From: a virus
Taxonomy: Duplodnaviria; Caudoviricetes
Direction: 5' to 3' (one strand)
DNA length: 64,000 nt
Virus record (IMG/VR): IMGVR_UViG_3300020156_000028
Coordinates: 557-64,556 of that record
Positions 48,991-56,440 of this stretch are shown here, in pieces (the stretch's first letter is position 1; every line of letters begins with the position of its first letter). Both the position numbers and the translations under genes were made by a program. Below the pieces are notes generated by a model that was not told the origin of the DNA, made no database searches, and saw only the letters and a list, made by a program, of their open reading frames with translations.

Positions 48991-49496
48991 TGGTCGTCTC
49001 CAAACCGTGGGATATCAGGAAGGCTCATAGGATAGTCCTCCGGGAAGTTGAGCCATGCGAACTCCCCGAAGAGTTCAAACGCCGCCGCGTCGTATGCCTT
49101 GGCCGCCTCTATAGCGGTAGCGAAGCCGCCTAGTGAGCGGGTCTTCTCTTCGAATGTGATCCTCGCCCGGAACCGGGTCTTCTCCCTCGTGACGCCCTTG
49201 TAGCCCGAGAGCCCGAAGCCGCAGCGATTGAGGTTGTTCTGGTCGTGCGTCGTGACCCGCAGGTTCGGCCGCATGTTATTCAGGGTGTCCGTGTCCTTGT
49301 GATCAACCCGCATGGTGGGCGGGCATCCCGTGAGCATGCGATGCAGGTAGATCGTCTTGCCGTGTACATACGTGCGGATATAGGGCTTCCCGCTGGCGTT
49401 GGCGGTGTGGGCGGTCCAGCGGTGCCGGGAAATCCTCTCCGCGTCTATGTCCGACACGGAGAACTGGAAACCGTTGTTCGTCCAGAAGCGCTGCAT
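48987..49496 (-). CDS. HNH-AP2 homing endonuclease
   Basis: YLHRML...VDHKDTDTLNNMRPNLR..T..QN..N, SGYKGV...FRARI...LGGF.TAIEAAKAYD..A.ELFGEFAWLNF. Confidence 0.9.
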   Translation of the reverse strand: MQRFWTNNGFQFSVSDIDAERISRHRWTAHTANASGKPYIRTYVHGKTIYLHRMLTGCPPTMRVDHKDTDTLNNMRPNLRVTTHDQNNLNRCGFGLSGYKGVTREKTRFRARITFEEKTRSLGGFATAIEAAKAYDAAAFELFGEFAWLNFPEDYPMSLPDIPRFGDDQ

Positions 49497-49497
49497 G

Positions 49498-50046
49498 TCA
49501 TTCGCACGGTGCGTGCTTGCCGCCACCGAACACGTATTCCCGCCATGCGATCCAGCACCATCGGCCGTCCCGATGCTTGAGAAAGCCCCACGGCCTCTTC
49601 TTGCCGGATCGCCAGACGATGGTCACGACGCGACCGGGGCCGGAGTCGGTGTGCTTGCCGTACCATTTTCCGAGGACGCGATGACAATGCTCGGCCGGGC
49701 GGAAGCTCAAGCGCCAAGCCGGGACGACGTTTCTGGAACATGCCGGGTTCTTCTCGTCGGCGAGGAAGACGACGGTCTGCTCTCGCCCTAAGAACGCGAG
49801 ATCGGGGTTGGCCACCTCTTCGACATAGGCCGTCAGCGGGAACGTCCAGAAATCCCACGGGTGGTCATGGCAGTCCGGGTCCTGATCGCCCCGGTAGAAG
49901 ATATGCAGGCGCAGGCGGCCGATCCAGTAGCGCGTCATGTAGGGGGTCGCGTGCTCGTCTTCCTTGCCGTAGACGACGCTGCGGCCCCAGAGCCGGTCGC
50001 TGCTTGTGGTCTGTTTCTTCGCCGATTCCTCGAAAGCCGTCTTCAT
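49498..50046 (-). CDS. Cupin-like protein (HDHPW motif)
   Basis: LHIFYRGDQDPDCHDHPWDF...Y.EE...R.AEHCHRV...WGF. Confidence 0.7.
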   Translation of the reverse strand: MKTAFEESAKKQTTSSDRLWGRSVVYGKEDEHATPYMTRYWIGRLRLHIFYRGDQDPDCHDHPWDFWTFPLTAYVEEVANPDLAFLGREQTVVFLADEKNPACSRNVVPAWRLSFRPAEHCHRVLGKWYGKHTDSGPGRVVTIVWRSGKKRPWGFLKHRDGRWCWIAWREYVFGGGKHAPCE

Positions 50047-50047
50047 G

Positions 50048-50254
50048 TCAGTGCTCCGCGTACTGGGGCCGGTTCCTCCGCATGGCGCGCTCCCGCTTCT
50101 TTTGCAGGAGGGTCATGGCGGATTCAGCCGACCGGGCGATGATGAAGGCCGGGCGTCGGCGCAGGCTTTCGGGCGTGTCCTTGTCGAACTTTGCCCGAAC
50201 CTTCCAGCGCATGACGCCCTTGTAGGGCTCGTAGGAAATGTGGAACTTTTTCAT
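50048..50254 (-). CDS. Small basic hypothetical protein
   Basis: MKKFHISYEPY..., ATGA-coupled. Confidence 0.55.
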   Translation of the reverse strand: MKKFHISYEPYKGVMRWKVRAKFDKDTPESLRRRPAFIIARSAESAMTLLQKKRERAMRRNRPQYAEH

Positions 50255-50601
50255 ACCGGGCCGTCCTTGGGGTTGGCTTTGCGCGCGTCCATCATCAGGC
50301 GGGTCAGTGCTTCCGGGCTCCGGCCGAGTTCGTCGGTCTCCTCCAGAAAATGTGTCATCAGGCCGATCACTCGTATCGGGCCGATGGAGTTCTCGAAGAT
50401 CGTAGAAAGTCTGGCCTGCATGACCACGGCGACGGCGAGCGTGAAGGTCTCGCAATACCGGCCGAGGAGGTCGGCGATGATCTTGTCCACCTCTTCGACG
50501 GCTTCCCGGCAGGTCGAGCATCCGCAGATGGTCTTCTCGCCGCGCGCCGCGATCCGCGCCTCACGGGCGAGGTCTTCGACCTGCTTCTTGATGTCAGCCA
50601 T
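50251..50601 (-). CDS. Hypothetical protein
   Basis: MADIKKQ..., CGCSTC motif, GGAG RBS. Confidence 0.65.
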   Translation of the reverse strand: MADIKKQVEDLAREARIAARGEKTICGCSTCREAVEEVDKIIADLLGRYCETFTLAVAVVMQARLSTIFENSIGPIRVIGLMTHFLEETDELGRSPEALTRLMMDARKANPKDGPV

Positions 50602-50821
50602 CGGTGGGCTCCGTTCTAAGGATGGAGTGGGCACGGCACTCGATATAGCGCCAGTCGCCCTTCTTATCGGTCTCGCCCGAGCGCTTGAAGAACCGCGATC
50701 CCCAGATCAGGACATCAGGTTCCAAACCGTCGGCCATCTTCGGCACGATGGCCCGCACGACCAGATTCTCGGGCTTGGTCGAACGGGTGTAAAGCTCGAA
50801 GGTCTTGTACATCGGGATCAT
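50594..50821 (-). CDS. Hypothetical protein
   Basis: ATGA overlap with upstream stop; PDVLIWGSRFF. Confidence 0.6.
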   Translation of the reverse strand: MIPMYKTFELYTRSTKPENLVVRAIVPKMADGLEPDVLIWGSRFFKRSGETDKKGDWRYIECRAHSILRTEPTDG

Positions 50822-51117
50822 TGCGGGAGCGCTCCTGTCTCGCGCCATGTGTTCTGCCCGCTCTTGTCGCGGCACATGTCGGTCGCCGGGTCGTAGATCA
50901 CCACGTTGTCCGGCAGATGGTCAAGGCAAACCCAGTGCGCGTTGCCGTCGCTGGAATCGATGGGGGAGCACATGAACACCTCGCCGTGGCCGTAGGTGGC
51001 GCTGGCGCGCTCGGTGCCGACGCAGGAGATGCAGCCGACCCGCGTGTTCTCGGGCAGACAATCGTAGGCTTCGGGGCGGCCATCGGGCCGGGTGACGACA
51101 ACGCGCGGGTCTTTCAT
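50818..51117 (-). CDS. Cys/His-rich hypothetical protein
   Basis: CISC...C...HWVCLDH possible Zn site; ATGA-coupled. Confidence 0.65.
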   Translation of the reverse strand: MKDPRVVVTRPDGRPEAYDCLPENTRVGCISCVGTERASATYGHGEVFMCSPIDSSDGNAHWVCLDHLPDNVVIYDPATDMCRDKSGQNTWRETGALPQ

Positions 51118-51377
51118 AGCGGCTTGAACTTCCTGTTTGCTTTCTTCGTGGCGGCGTCCAGTTGCGCCTTGAGGTGTGGGTGCATCAACGCCAGCAGTCC
51201 CGGCGTGTTCATCACTTCGACGGGCGCGGTCGCGGCCGGGCCGTCGTAGAGAACTCGCCCATCTGCAATCGCGATGACGATGCCGGGTCGGACGTTCTGA
51301 GTCGCGACGATGGTGATCGGGTTGCCCCCGTCGGCGCGGATTTCAACGCCTCGAAACGCTGCATCTTTCTGTTCCAT
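51114..51377 (-). CDS. Hypothetical protein
   Basis: MEQKDAAF...; stop coupled to next gene; overlaps upstream ORF. Confidence 0.5.
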   Translation of the reverse strand: MEQKDAAFRGVEIRADGGNPITIVATQNVRPGIVIAIADGRVLYDGPAATAPVEVMNTPGLLALMHPHLKAQLDAATKKANRKFKPL

Positions 51378-51616
51378 TGGATGTCCCTGAAACTGACGTA
51401 TTCGATTTCCTTGTAGCCGGAGGGGCTGGAAGGCCCCGCCAGCGCCAGCATGATCTCGTAGCCACCGCGCACCTCTCGGGGCTGGAGGGTTTCGAGATGC
51501 CCGGTGAAGAAGTCCTCCCGGCCCGCCTCCTCGTAGTCCCGGTAGAGCGTGATCGGGATGTTCCGATACTGCCAACGGATCAGGAAGAGGGCGAGCCGTA
51601 GGAGGAGCTTTTTCAT
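51212..51616 (-). CDS. Hypothetical protein
   Basis: ATGA-coupled start, MKKLLLRLALFLIRW. Confidence 0.55.
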   Translation of the reverse strand: MKKLLLRLALFLIRWQYRNIPITLYRDYEEAGREDFFTGHLETLQPREVRGGYEIMLALAGPSSPSGYKEIEYVSFRDIQWNRKMQRFEALKSAPTGATRSPSSRLRTSDPASSSRLQMGEFSTTARPRPRPSK

Positions 51617-52140
51617 GCCCGGAGAGCCTTCTCGACCTCGGCCGCCATATCTTCGTCAACGGCCTCCATGGCGTCCTTGAGCGAGTTCGCAGAGGCCGAA
51701 CCGAGGATGTCCTTGGCCCGGCGCTCCATTGAATCGAGGCGTTCCTGTGCCTCCGGGGTGATCGGCTTGCGCGCGTAGGGCATCATGCGGGCTTCGGCCA
51801 GCTTCACAGGATCGCCCTCGGGGTGGATCGGTTCGCCAAACGATCCGGTCGTAAGGCGGTTGGTCGAGATGCCTGCCGACATGCGCTCGACCGGGGCCAG
51901 CGACTCGGCCATGACCGCGCCGACGTGCTTGCCGGTCATCAGCAGGAACTCGGTCAGCAGCGGCTTGTCCAGCCGGGCGAACTGCGGGTTCGCCTTGACG
52001 GCCGCGTTGATGGCGGCCTCCAGCATGCTCCTGCGGGTGTGGTCCTGCGCGTCCGGCAGGTCGTGGAATTTCGATCCGTCGGCGGCCTCGTAAGCCGGGA
52101 CGGTCTTGATCTGGAACTGTTCCTTGAGGGTCAAAGCCAT
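51613..52140 (-). CDS. Hypothetical protein
   Basis: MALTLKEQFQIKTVPAYEAADGSKF...; AAGGA RBS; own promoter. Confidence 0.7.
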   Translation of the reverse strand: MALTLKEQFQIKTVPAYEAADGSKFHDLPDAQDHTRRSMLEAAINAAVKANPQFARLDKPLLTEFLLMTGKHVGAVMAESLAPVERMSAGISTNRLTTGSFGEPIHPEGDPVKLAEARMMPYARKPITPEAQERLDSMERRAKDILGSASANSLKDAMEAVDEDMAAEVEKALRA

Positions 52141-52168
52141 TTCTCGTTTCCTTGTGTCAGGGAGGTTA

Positions 52169-52197
52169 TTCATAGCCAACGAAATGTTGGTAGTCAA
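52169..52197 (-). promoter_or_regulatory. Promoter with operator palindrome in its spacer
   Basis: TTGACT-N17-TATGAA; spacer holds CCAAC-ATTTC-GTTGG. Confidence 0.6.
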
Positions 52198-52388
52198 TCG
52201 TCTTCCTCGATCCGGTAGCCCTGCCTCGGGTTGCCGTACTTTTCGGAATACCATCGGCAAGGGCGATTGCAGTCGCCCACGCCTTTCATGTTCCAGCGGG
52301 TCTCCATGATCCGCTTGGCCTCGGCCGCGAGGGCACGAGGGTCTTTCTCCGGGCTGTACATTTCCAGCATGGCCTCCGGCTCTACCAT
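52194..52388 (-). CDS. Small hypothetical protein
   Basis: 64 aa, fits the operon. Confidence 0.5.
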   Translation of the reverse strand: MVEPEAMLEMYSPEKDPRALAAEAKRIMETRWNMKGVGDCNRPCRWYSEKYGNPRQGYRIEEDD

Positions 52389-52462
52389 GGCGCAAGCACC
52401 AGTAGGGCCAGAAAGATCACGGTGGCGACGGCCAGCAGAATCCGGGCTTGATTACTCGTCAT
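52382..52462 (-). CDS. 26-aa single-TM peptide (not in ORF track)
   Basis: MTSNQARILLAVATVIFLALLVLAPW*; fills the gap and overlaps both neighbours. Confidence 0.5.
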   Translation of the reverse strand: MTSNQARILLAVATVIFLALLVLAPW

Positions 52463-53375
52463 CCTCGTTGTCCAGCGTATCGAGATAGCGCTTCACGGCA
52501 TCCCAGTTTTCATAGGCAGCGACCAGCGATTCCCGGTTCTCCTGTTCCTCGTCCATGGAGGCTTCCCAAGCGTCTTCGTCCCGGACGTTGATAAGCTCCT
52601 CTTGGATCAAGTCCTGCAACACCTCGGGGTCGAGCGCGTCAAGCTCCCACGATTCCGAGCCGAACTCTTCCTCGTAGCGCGTGAAACGGCTGTCCGTGTC
52701 CTTGGCCGGGTTCGGGGGCGGGTTGTACTCTTCGATCTGATCCATGTTCAAGGCCAAGCGCCGAACTTCCACGAAGCCCCGACTAAAAAGCTCCAACCGG
52801 GTCGCGGCGTCGTTCGGCATGTGGATGCCCGACGGGTCGTGGTCGCCCAGATAGAACACGACTGGCCGGAACCCGGCCCGGCGTTGCGCCTGAAAGCGCT
52901 TTCCGGCGGCATAGATTTCAGACTGGCTGGCGTATCCCCGGCAGGCGAAGTAGGGCACGCGAAGGTCTTCGCAGATGGATTCGATCACGCCCATCAGAGC
53001 GTCCTTTTCGATCCACACCTCGGGCCGGTATCTCTGTTTCAGCCACGGGTTTTCCTTGTACTGGTCAGCTACGACGCGCAAGATTTCCGCCGGGCTTGAC
53101 CATGCACTCGGGTATTTGACATTGCGGGTGCGATCCTCAATCGTGCTCCAGTCGATAAGACCCGCCTGCCGGGCTTCGTCAATTATGGTCCCGAGCCGCT
53201 TGTACTCGGACTGCTTGTTCGGCAGGATGTCGCGCGCCACGAACTGGTAGTAAAGCTGGCGCAGGGTCAGGGTGAAGCCGCGCCGCTGGTAGTCCGTGGT
53301 GATTTCGACCGCATGCTGGATGATGTCGAGCGTCTTTTGCTGAAAATTCTTGTCGATGAATTTCTCGATAGCCAT
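52452..53375 (-). CDS. Toprim-domain protein, Topo VI-A/Spo11-like
   Basis: Winged-helix TLRQLYYQ, toprim EVWIEKDAL, RGY.S, YLGDHDPSG, VRRLAL, WELDAL. Confidence 0.82.
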   Translation of the reverse strand: MAIEKFIDKNFQQKTLDIIQHAVEITTDYQRRGFTLTLRQLYYQFVARDILPNKQSEYKRLGTIIDEARQAGLIDWSTIEDRTRNVKYPSAWSSPAEILRVVADQYKENPWLKQRYRPEVWIEKDALMGVIESICEDLRVPYFACRGYASQSEIYAAGKRFQAQRRAGFRPVVFYLGDHDPSGIHMPNDAATRLELFSRGFVEVRRLALNMDQIEEYNPPPNPAKDTDSRFTRYEEEFGSESWELDALDPEVLQDLIQEELINVRDEDAWEASMDEEQENRESLVAAYENWDAVKRYLDTLDNEDDE

Positions 53376-53386
53376 TGAGGGCTCCG

Positions 53387-53482
53387 TTACGTCAGGAAGT
53401 AGAAGGCCGCGCCGAGGACGATCCCGAGGGCGGCGAGTGTGAGGATGATGGCGTTGGCTTTGATCACGATTTCTGTCTCCAT
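53387..53482 (-). CDS. 31-aa single-TM peptide
   Basis: METEIVIKANAIILTLAALGIVLGAAFYFLT. Confidence 0.5.
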   Translation of the reverse strand: METEIVIKANAIILTLAALGIVLGAAFYFLT

Positions 53483-53694
53483 TGGAAGGTGTGCCAGTTC
53501 GCGGCCAGCCAGTCGCCGACATGCCGGATCGCGTCTTGTTCGGTGTAATGCGCGCCGCCTATCCGCTGGCCGAGACATCCGGCATACCACGGGCCGCCTT
53601 CGTGCAGTTGGATCACATAGGCGATCTCCAGCCTTCGGACGGTGCGATCCTTGCGGCGCTTCCGGCGGCCCCAGAACTCGGCTATGGCGTGCAT
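53464..53694 (-). CDS. Hypothetical protein
   Basis: MHAIAEFWGRRK..., GGAG RBS. Confidence 0.55.
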   Translation of the reverse strand: MHAIAEFWGRRKRRKDRTVRRLEIAYVIQLHEGGPWYAGCLGQRIGGAHYTEQDAIRHVGDWLAANWHTFQWRQKS

Positions 53695-53780
53695 CTCGAT
53701 TCTCCAGTTGGGCGGCGGCCGGGGCTGCGGAATCGCTCCCGCCGGGGTAGCCCGGCCGCCGCCATCCCTGACAGGGATTC

Positions 53781-54032
53781 CTATCTCCTCGGGGGCCTTG
53801 CGGGCTTTCCGCTTGATTCTCCCGGCTTTACGGTTTGTGGGTAGGCGTTGGGCGCTTTTGCGGGTCCGAGGGCGATGTCGATGTAATCCACCGCCGTGCA
53901 GCCCGGTTGAATGTGGGCGGGCATCCAGAGGGTGTCGGTTATCGCGATTTCGTCGGTCATGATGCATTCTCTGACGGCGAGAAGCGCCTTTTCGAGCGCT
54001 TCGATACGTTCTTTGTCGGTCATTTCAGTCAT
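53781..54032 (-). CDS. Hypothetical protein
   Basis: 83 aa, GAGGG RBS. Confidence 0.6.
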   Translation of the reverse strand: MTEMTDKERIEALEKALLAVRECIMTDEIAITDTLWMPAHIQPGCTAVDYIDIALGPAKAPNAYPQTVKPGESSGKPARPPRR

Positions 54033-54039
54033 GGTTCCC

Positions 54040-55248
54040 TCACTCTATTCGGGAGATGGCTTCCTGCATCTCCATAATCTTCTTTTCCATGGTCTCGAAT
54101 TTGAAGGCCAGATCGAGCGCGCTCGCCTGCAATCGGGCGGCCTCGGCGCGCATGTTCTTGGCCTCACCGACCAGCTTGTCGAGGTCTTCGTTGCGCTGCG
54201 TCTTTCCGAAGTTTTCTTCCCGGACATCCTTGATCCATGCGCGCGGGACATTCAAGGTGTCGGCGAGGTGCTGGTCGGACGCGGAGCCGATATACCGGCC
54301 CTTGGATTCATCCCAGTTCTCGTCAATAGCTCGGAAGACGCGGCGCTTGTCGGCCGCCGTCATCTGGCGCGGGGGTTCGATGGCGACTGGTGCTTGGGGC
54401 ATGGAGATAACCTTGGCTTCGATTTTCGGGGGGTTGAGGCATGTGGGGCAGACGCACTTCTTGCCGACCTGCCAGCCCTTCTGCTTGAACTTCTTGGTCA
54501 AGACCGTCTGGGGCAGGGAGCCGGTGTGGCCGCTGGCGATGATCTCGTCTCGGGCCTTGCAGCGTGAGCACTCGATGACGTAGCCGGAGCGGTCTCGGCC
54601 GTCTTCGGCGCGTAAGGTGGTTCGGGCGAAAGCGTGGCCCATCCTTGTGATCTCCTCTCGGTTGGATTTGACCCGCACGGCGATCCCGGTCAGGGTGGGC
54701 ACGTCGTCGGGGATGTGGTAGACCGTCGCGGCCGGGACCGGCAGGCGGCGGCCGTGGTAGAGCGTGGAATCGGCGTCTCGCTGCTCAATAAGATCGGCGT
54801 CGGGGTTCCAGCGCATGGCCTCGACCAGCAGCCACATGAACATCATGTAGCGTGCGTCATTGTCGGCGAGGTCTTCGTCTACCACACCCGTCTGGTCGCA
54901 GACGAAGGCGAGATCGCGAAGCCGGAAGACCGCGCGGCCCTTGAGCATGGCGAACGCGGACCACTGGTAGAAGTGCAGAAGCGCGCCATCCCAGACCGTG
55001 AAATGGAGGATGTCGGATTCCTTGCCGATCTGGGTAACAGAGGGCTCCGGCGGGTGATCCCAGAGGTCGCCGAGGGCCGGGGCCATGACCCCGGACCACG
55101 ATTTGTCGAGCCGTTTGATGTTGGAAAGCGCGATCCGTGCCCGAGAAGCCGTGAAGAGATCGCGGTGCGGGAAGTCGATTGCGTCCACCGTAAAGCGGCC
55201 GTTTTTCATCACGGCCTGCAATAGCCGTATCTCTTCGAAGGTCTTCAT
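54040..55248 (-). CDS. Two-domain hypothetical protein; C-terminal Zn-ribbon, HTH-like region and coiled coil
   Basis: CSRC...CVCPTC, SDQHLADTLNVPRAWIKDVREENFG; internal RBS and ATG at 54642. Confidence 0.7.
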   Translation of the reverse strand: MKTFEEIRLLQAVMKNGRFTVDAIDFPHRDLFTASRARIALSNIKRLDKSWSGVMAPALGDLWDHPPEPSVTQIGKESDILHFTVWDGALLHFYQWSAFAMLKGRAVFRLRDLAFVCDQTGVVDEDLADNDARYMMFMWLLVEAMRWNPDADLIEQRDADSTLYHGRRLPVPAATVYHIPDDVPTLTGIAVRVKSNREEITRMGHAFARTTLRAEDGRDRSGYVIECSRCKARDEIIASGHTGSLPQTVLTKKFKQKGWQVGKKCVCPTCLNPPKIEAKVISMPQAPVAIEPPRQMTAADKRRVFRAIDENWDESKGRYIGSASDQHLADTLNVPRAWIKDVREENFGKTQRNEDLDKLVGEAKNMRAEAARLQASALDLAFKFETMEKKIMEMQEAISRIE

Positions 55249-55745
55249 AGCGGGTAGCTCGGGTCGGTGAAGTAGCGGGCGCAAATCTCGTCATACTTAG
55301 CGAGGACGTGGGTATAATCGACTTCGACGGCCCGGAGCCCAAGCCTACGCTTGGTCATACCACTACGGGGTTCTCGCACCTCGTATTCCACCACGGCCAG
55401 CCGGGCATGGATTCTGTGGAACAGCCAGTCGCGCTTGATGTTGGCCGCGTCGGAAAATCGGAAGATGTCGGCGACTTGCCGCATCGGGTTCCGGTTGTCG
55501 CCAGCCGTGACGATCTGAGGCGGGTGTTTCGCCGTGAGACGGATCATCTTCGTATTGGCCAGATCGGGCGAGTCGCCCGTTTTGGCGGGATCGATTAGTC
55601 GCCAATCCACCCATCGAAGCTCCTCGGGAAGATCATCCCAAAGGATGGAAACACCGTACAGGCGGGTGTTTGATGGCTCGAAATTGTAGCTCTCGTAGAA
55701 GCTCGGCCAGTACAGGCGGCTCGCGGTGATGATCCTATCGTCCAT
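55245..55745 (-). CDS. Hypothetical protein, possibly divergent SSB (DUF2815-like)
   Basis: SRLYWPSFYE...YGVSIL...LGLRAVEV resembles SSB motifs. Confidence 0.55.
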   Translation of the reverse strand: MDDRIITASRLYWPSFYESYNFEPSNTRLYGVSILWDDLPEELRWVDWRLIDPAKTGDSPDLANTKMIRLTAKHPPQIVTAGDNRNPMRQVADIFRFSDAANIKRDWLFHRIHARLAVVEYEVREPRSGMTKRRLGLRAVEVDYTHVLAKYDEICARYFTDPSYPL

Positions 55746-56001
55746 CGTTCTTCCCCGTGTAGTCGTTCTCCCGCAGAACATGCAGCAGGGCTTCTTGGAT
55801 GAAGGGCTCCAATGCGATCTCGGCCTCGTTCCGCTCGCCCTTGATCCGCCAGACGAACGGGTTGTTGGTCCGCTGGATTTCCAGTCGTTCGCCCGTGGCC
55901 GAGGTCGTGGTGGCGATGGTTTCGGTAAGCCAGAGATGGGTCGGTTTCTCGGGGATCGGGGTGACGGTGACGCGCGGCGCGTTGATGTTGATGTCAGTCA
56001 T
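55735..56001 (-). CDS. Hypothetical protein
   Basis: MTDININAP...; overlaps both neighbours. Confidence 0.6.
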   Translation of the reverse strand: MTDININAPRVTVTPIPEKPTHLWLTETIATTTSATGERLEIQRTNNPFVWRIKGERNEAEIALEPFIQEALLHVLRENDYTGKNDGR

Positions 56002-56167
56002 GATGCCAGTGTCCACATTTGGTGCAAACCATGATCGGGCCGGAGAAGCCCCAACTGCTCTCGTAAGCGTGTTGGCAGGGCGGTGTTTGCGGCGTTCTGA
56101 CCTCGCGGTACATCTCACGGATCGGGGTGTCCTTATGAACTATGGGCTTGTTCCAGATGTCAGGCAT
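55994..56167 (-). CDS. 57-aa Zn-ribbon-like protein (not in ORF track)
   Basis: GGAG RBS; MPDIWNK...CQHAYE...CTKCGH. Confidence 0.6.
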   Translation of the reverse strand: MPDIWNKPIVHKDTPIREMYREVRTPQTPPCQHAYESSWGFSGPIMVCTKCGHWHHD

Positions 56168-56188
56168 GGCGGTTCTCCGGTTAAAAAA

Positions 56189-56250
56189 AAGGCGTCCTAC
56201 CAGTTAGACGACGGGCCGAGACCCGGCAGGATTCGAACCTGCATTTCCTT
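56189..56250 (-). ncRNA. Circularly permuted tRNA-like RNA module B (YrlA-like topology)
   Basis: AAGG-AAAT-GCAGG TTCGAAT CCTGC-CGGGT CTCG GCCCG-TC-GTCT AACTGGTA GGAC-G-CCTT, running into a T8 tract. Confidence 0.75.
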
Positions 56251-56253
56251 GTC

Positions 56254-56306
56254 GGGGTGTCCTGACCGTTAGACGACAAAGGCCGGATTCGAACCGGCGT
56301 TTCCCC
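56254..56306 (-). ncRNA. Circularly permuted tRNA-like RNA module A
   Basis: GGGG-AAAC-GCCGG TTCGAAT CCGGC-CTTTG-TC-GTCT AACGGTCA GGAC-A-CCCC. Confidence 0.72.
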
Positions 56307-56315
56307 ATTAGAAGT

Positions 56316-56379
56316 TGGAGGGGCGTAGCAGGCGTTGAACCTACCTCTGGCTCGTCCCGAACCACCGGGCCGCCCCTCC
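56316..56379 (-). ncRNA. Anticodon-less tRNA-like element ending in CCA
   Basis: GGAGGGGCG/CGCCCCTCC closing stem, GTAGG TTCAACG CCTGC T-like arm, 3' CCA. Confidence 0.5.
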
Positions 56380-56440
56380 CGCCAGACGGCCATCGCGGAA
56401 GCGAAGTCCTGCGCCGTCTGGCCCGCGTCAGGAACGCGGT

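Noticed and set aside
56214-56285. Canonical tRNA formed from D arm of module A plus T arm of module B
   Set aside because: The would-be anticodon arm is 11 nt rather than 17, acceptor pairing is poor and there is no CCA; the permuted fold pairs better
56181-56393. 70-aa ORF over the RNA cluster
   Set aside because: No RBS, start lies inside a stem, and the sequence is better explained by RNA structure
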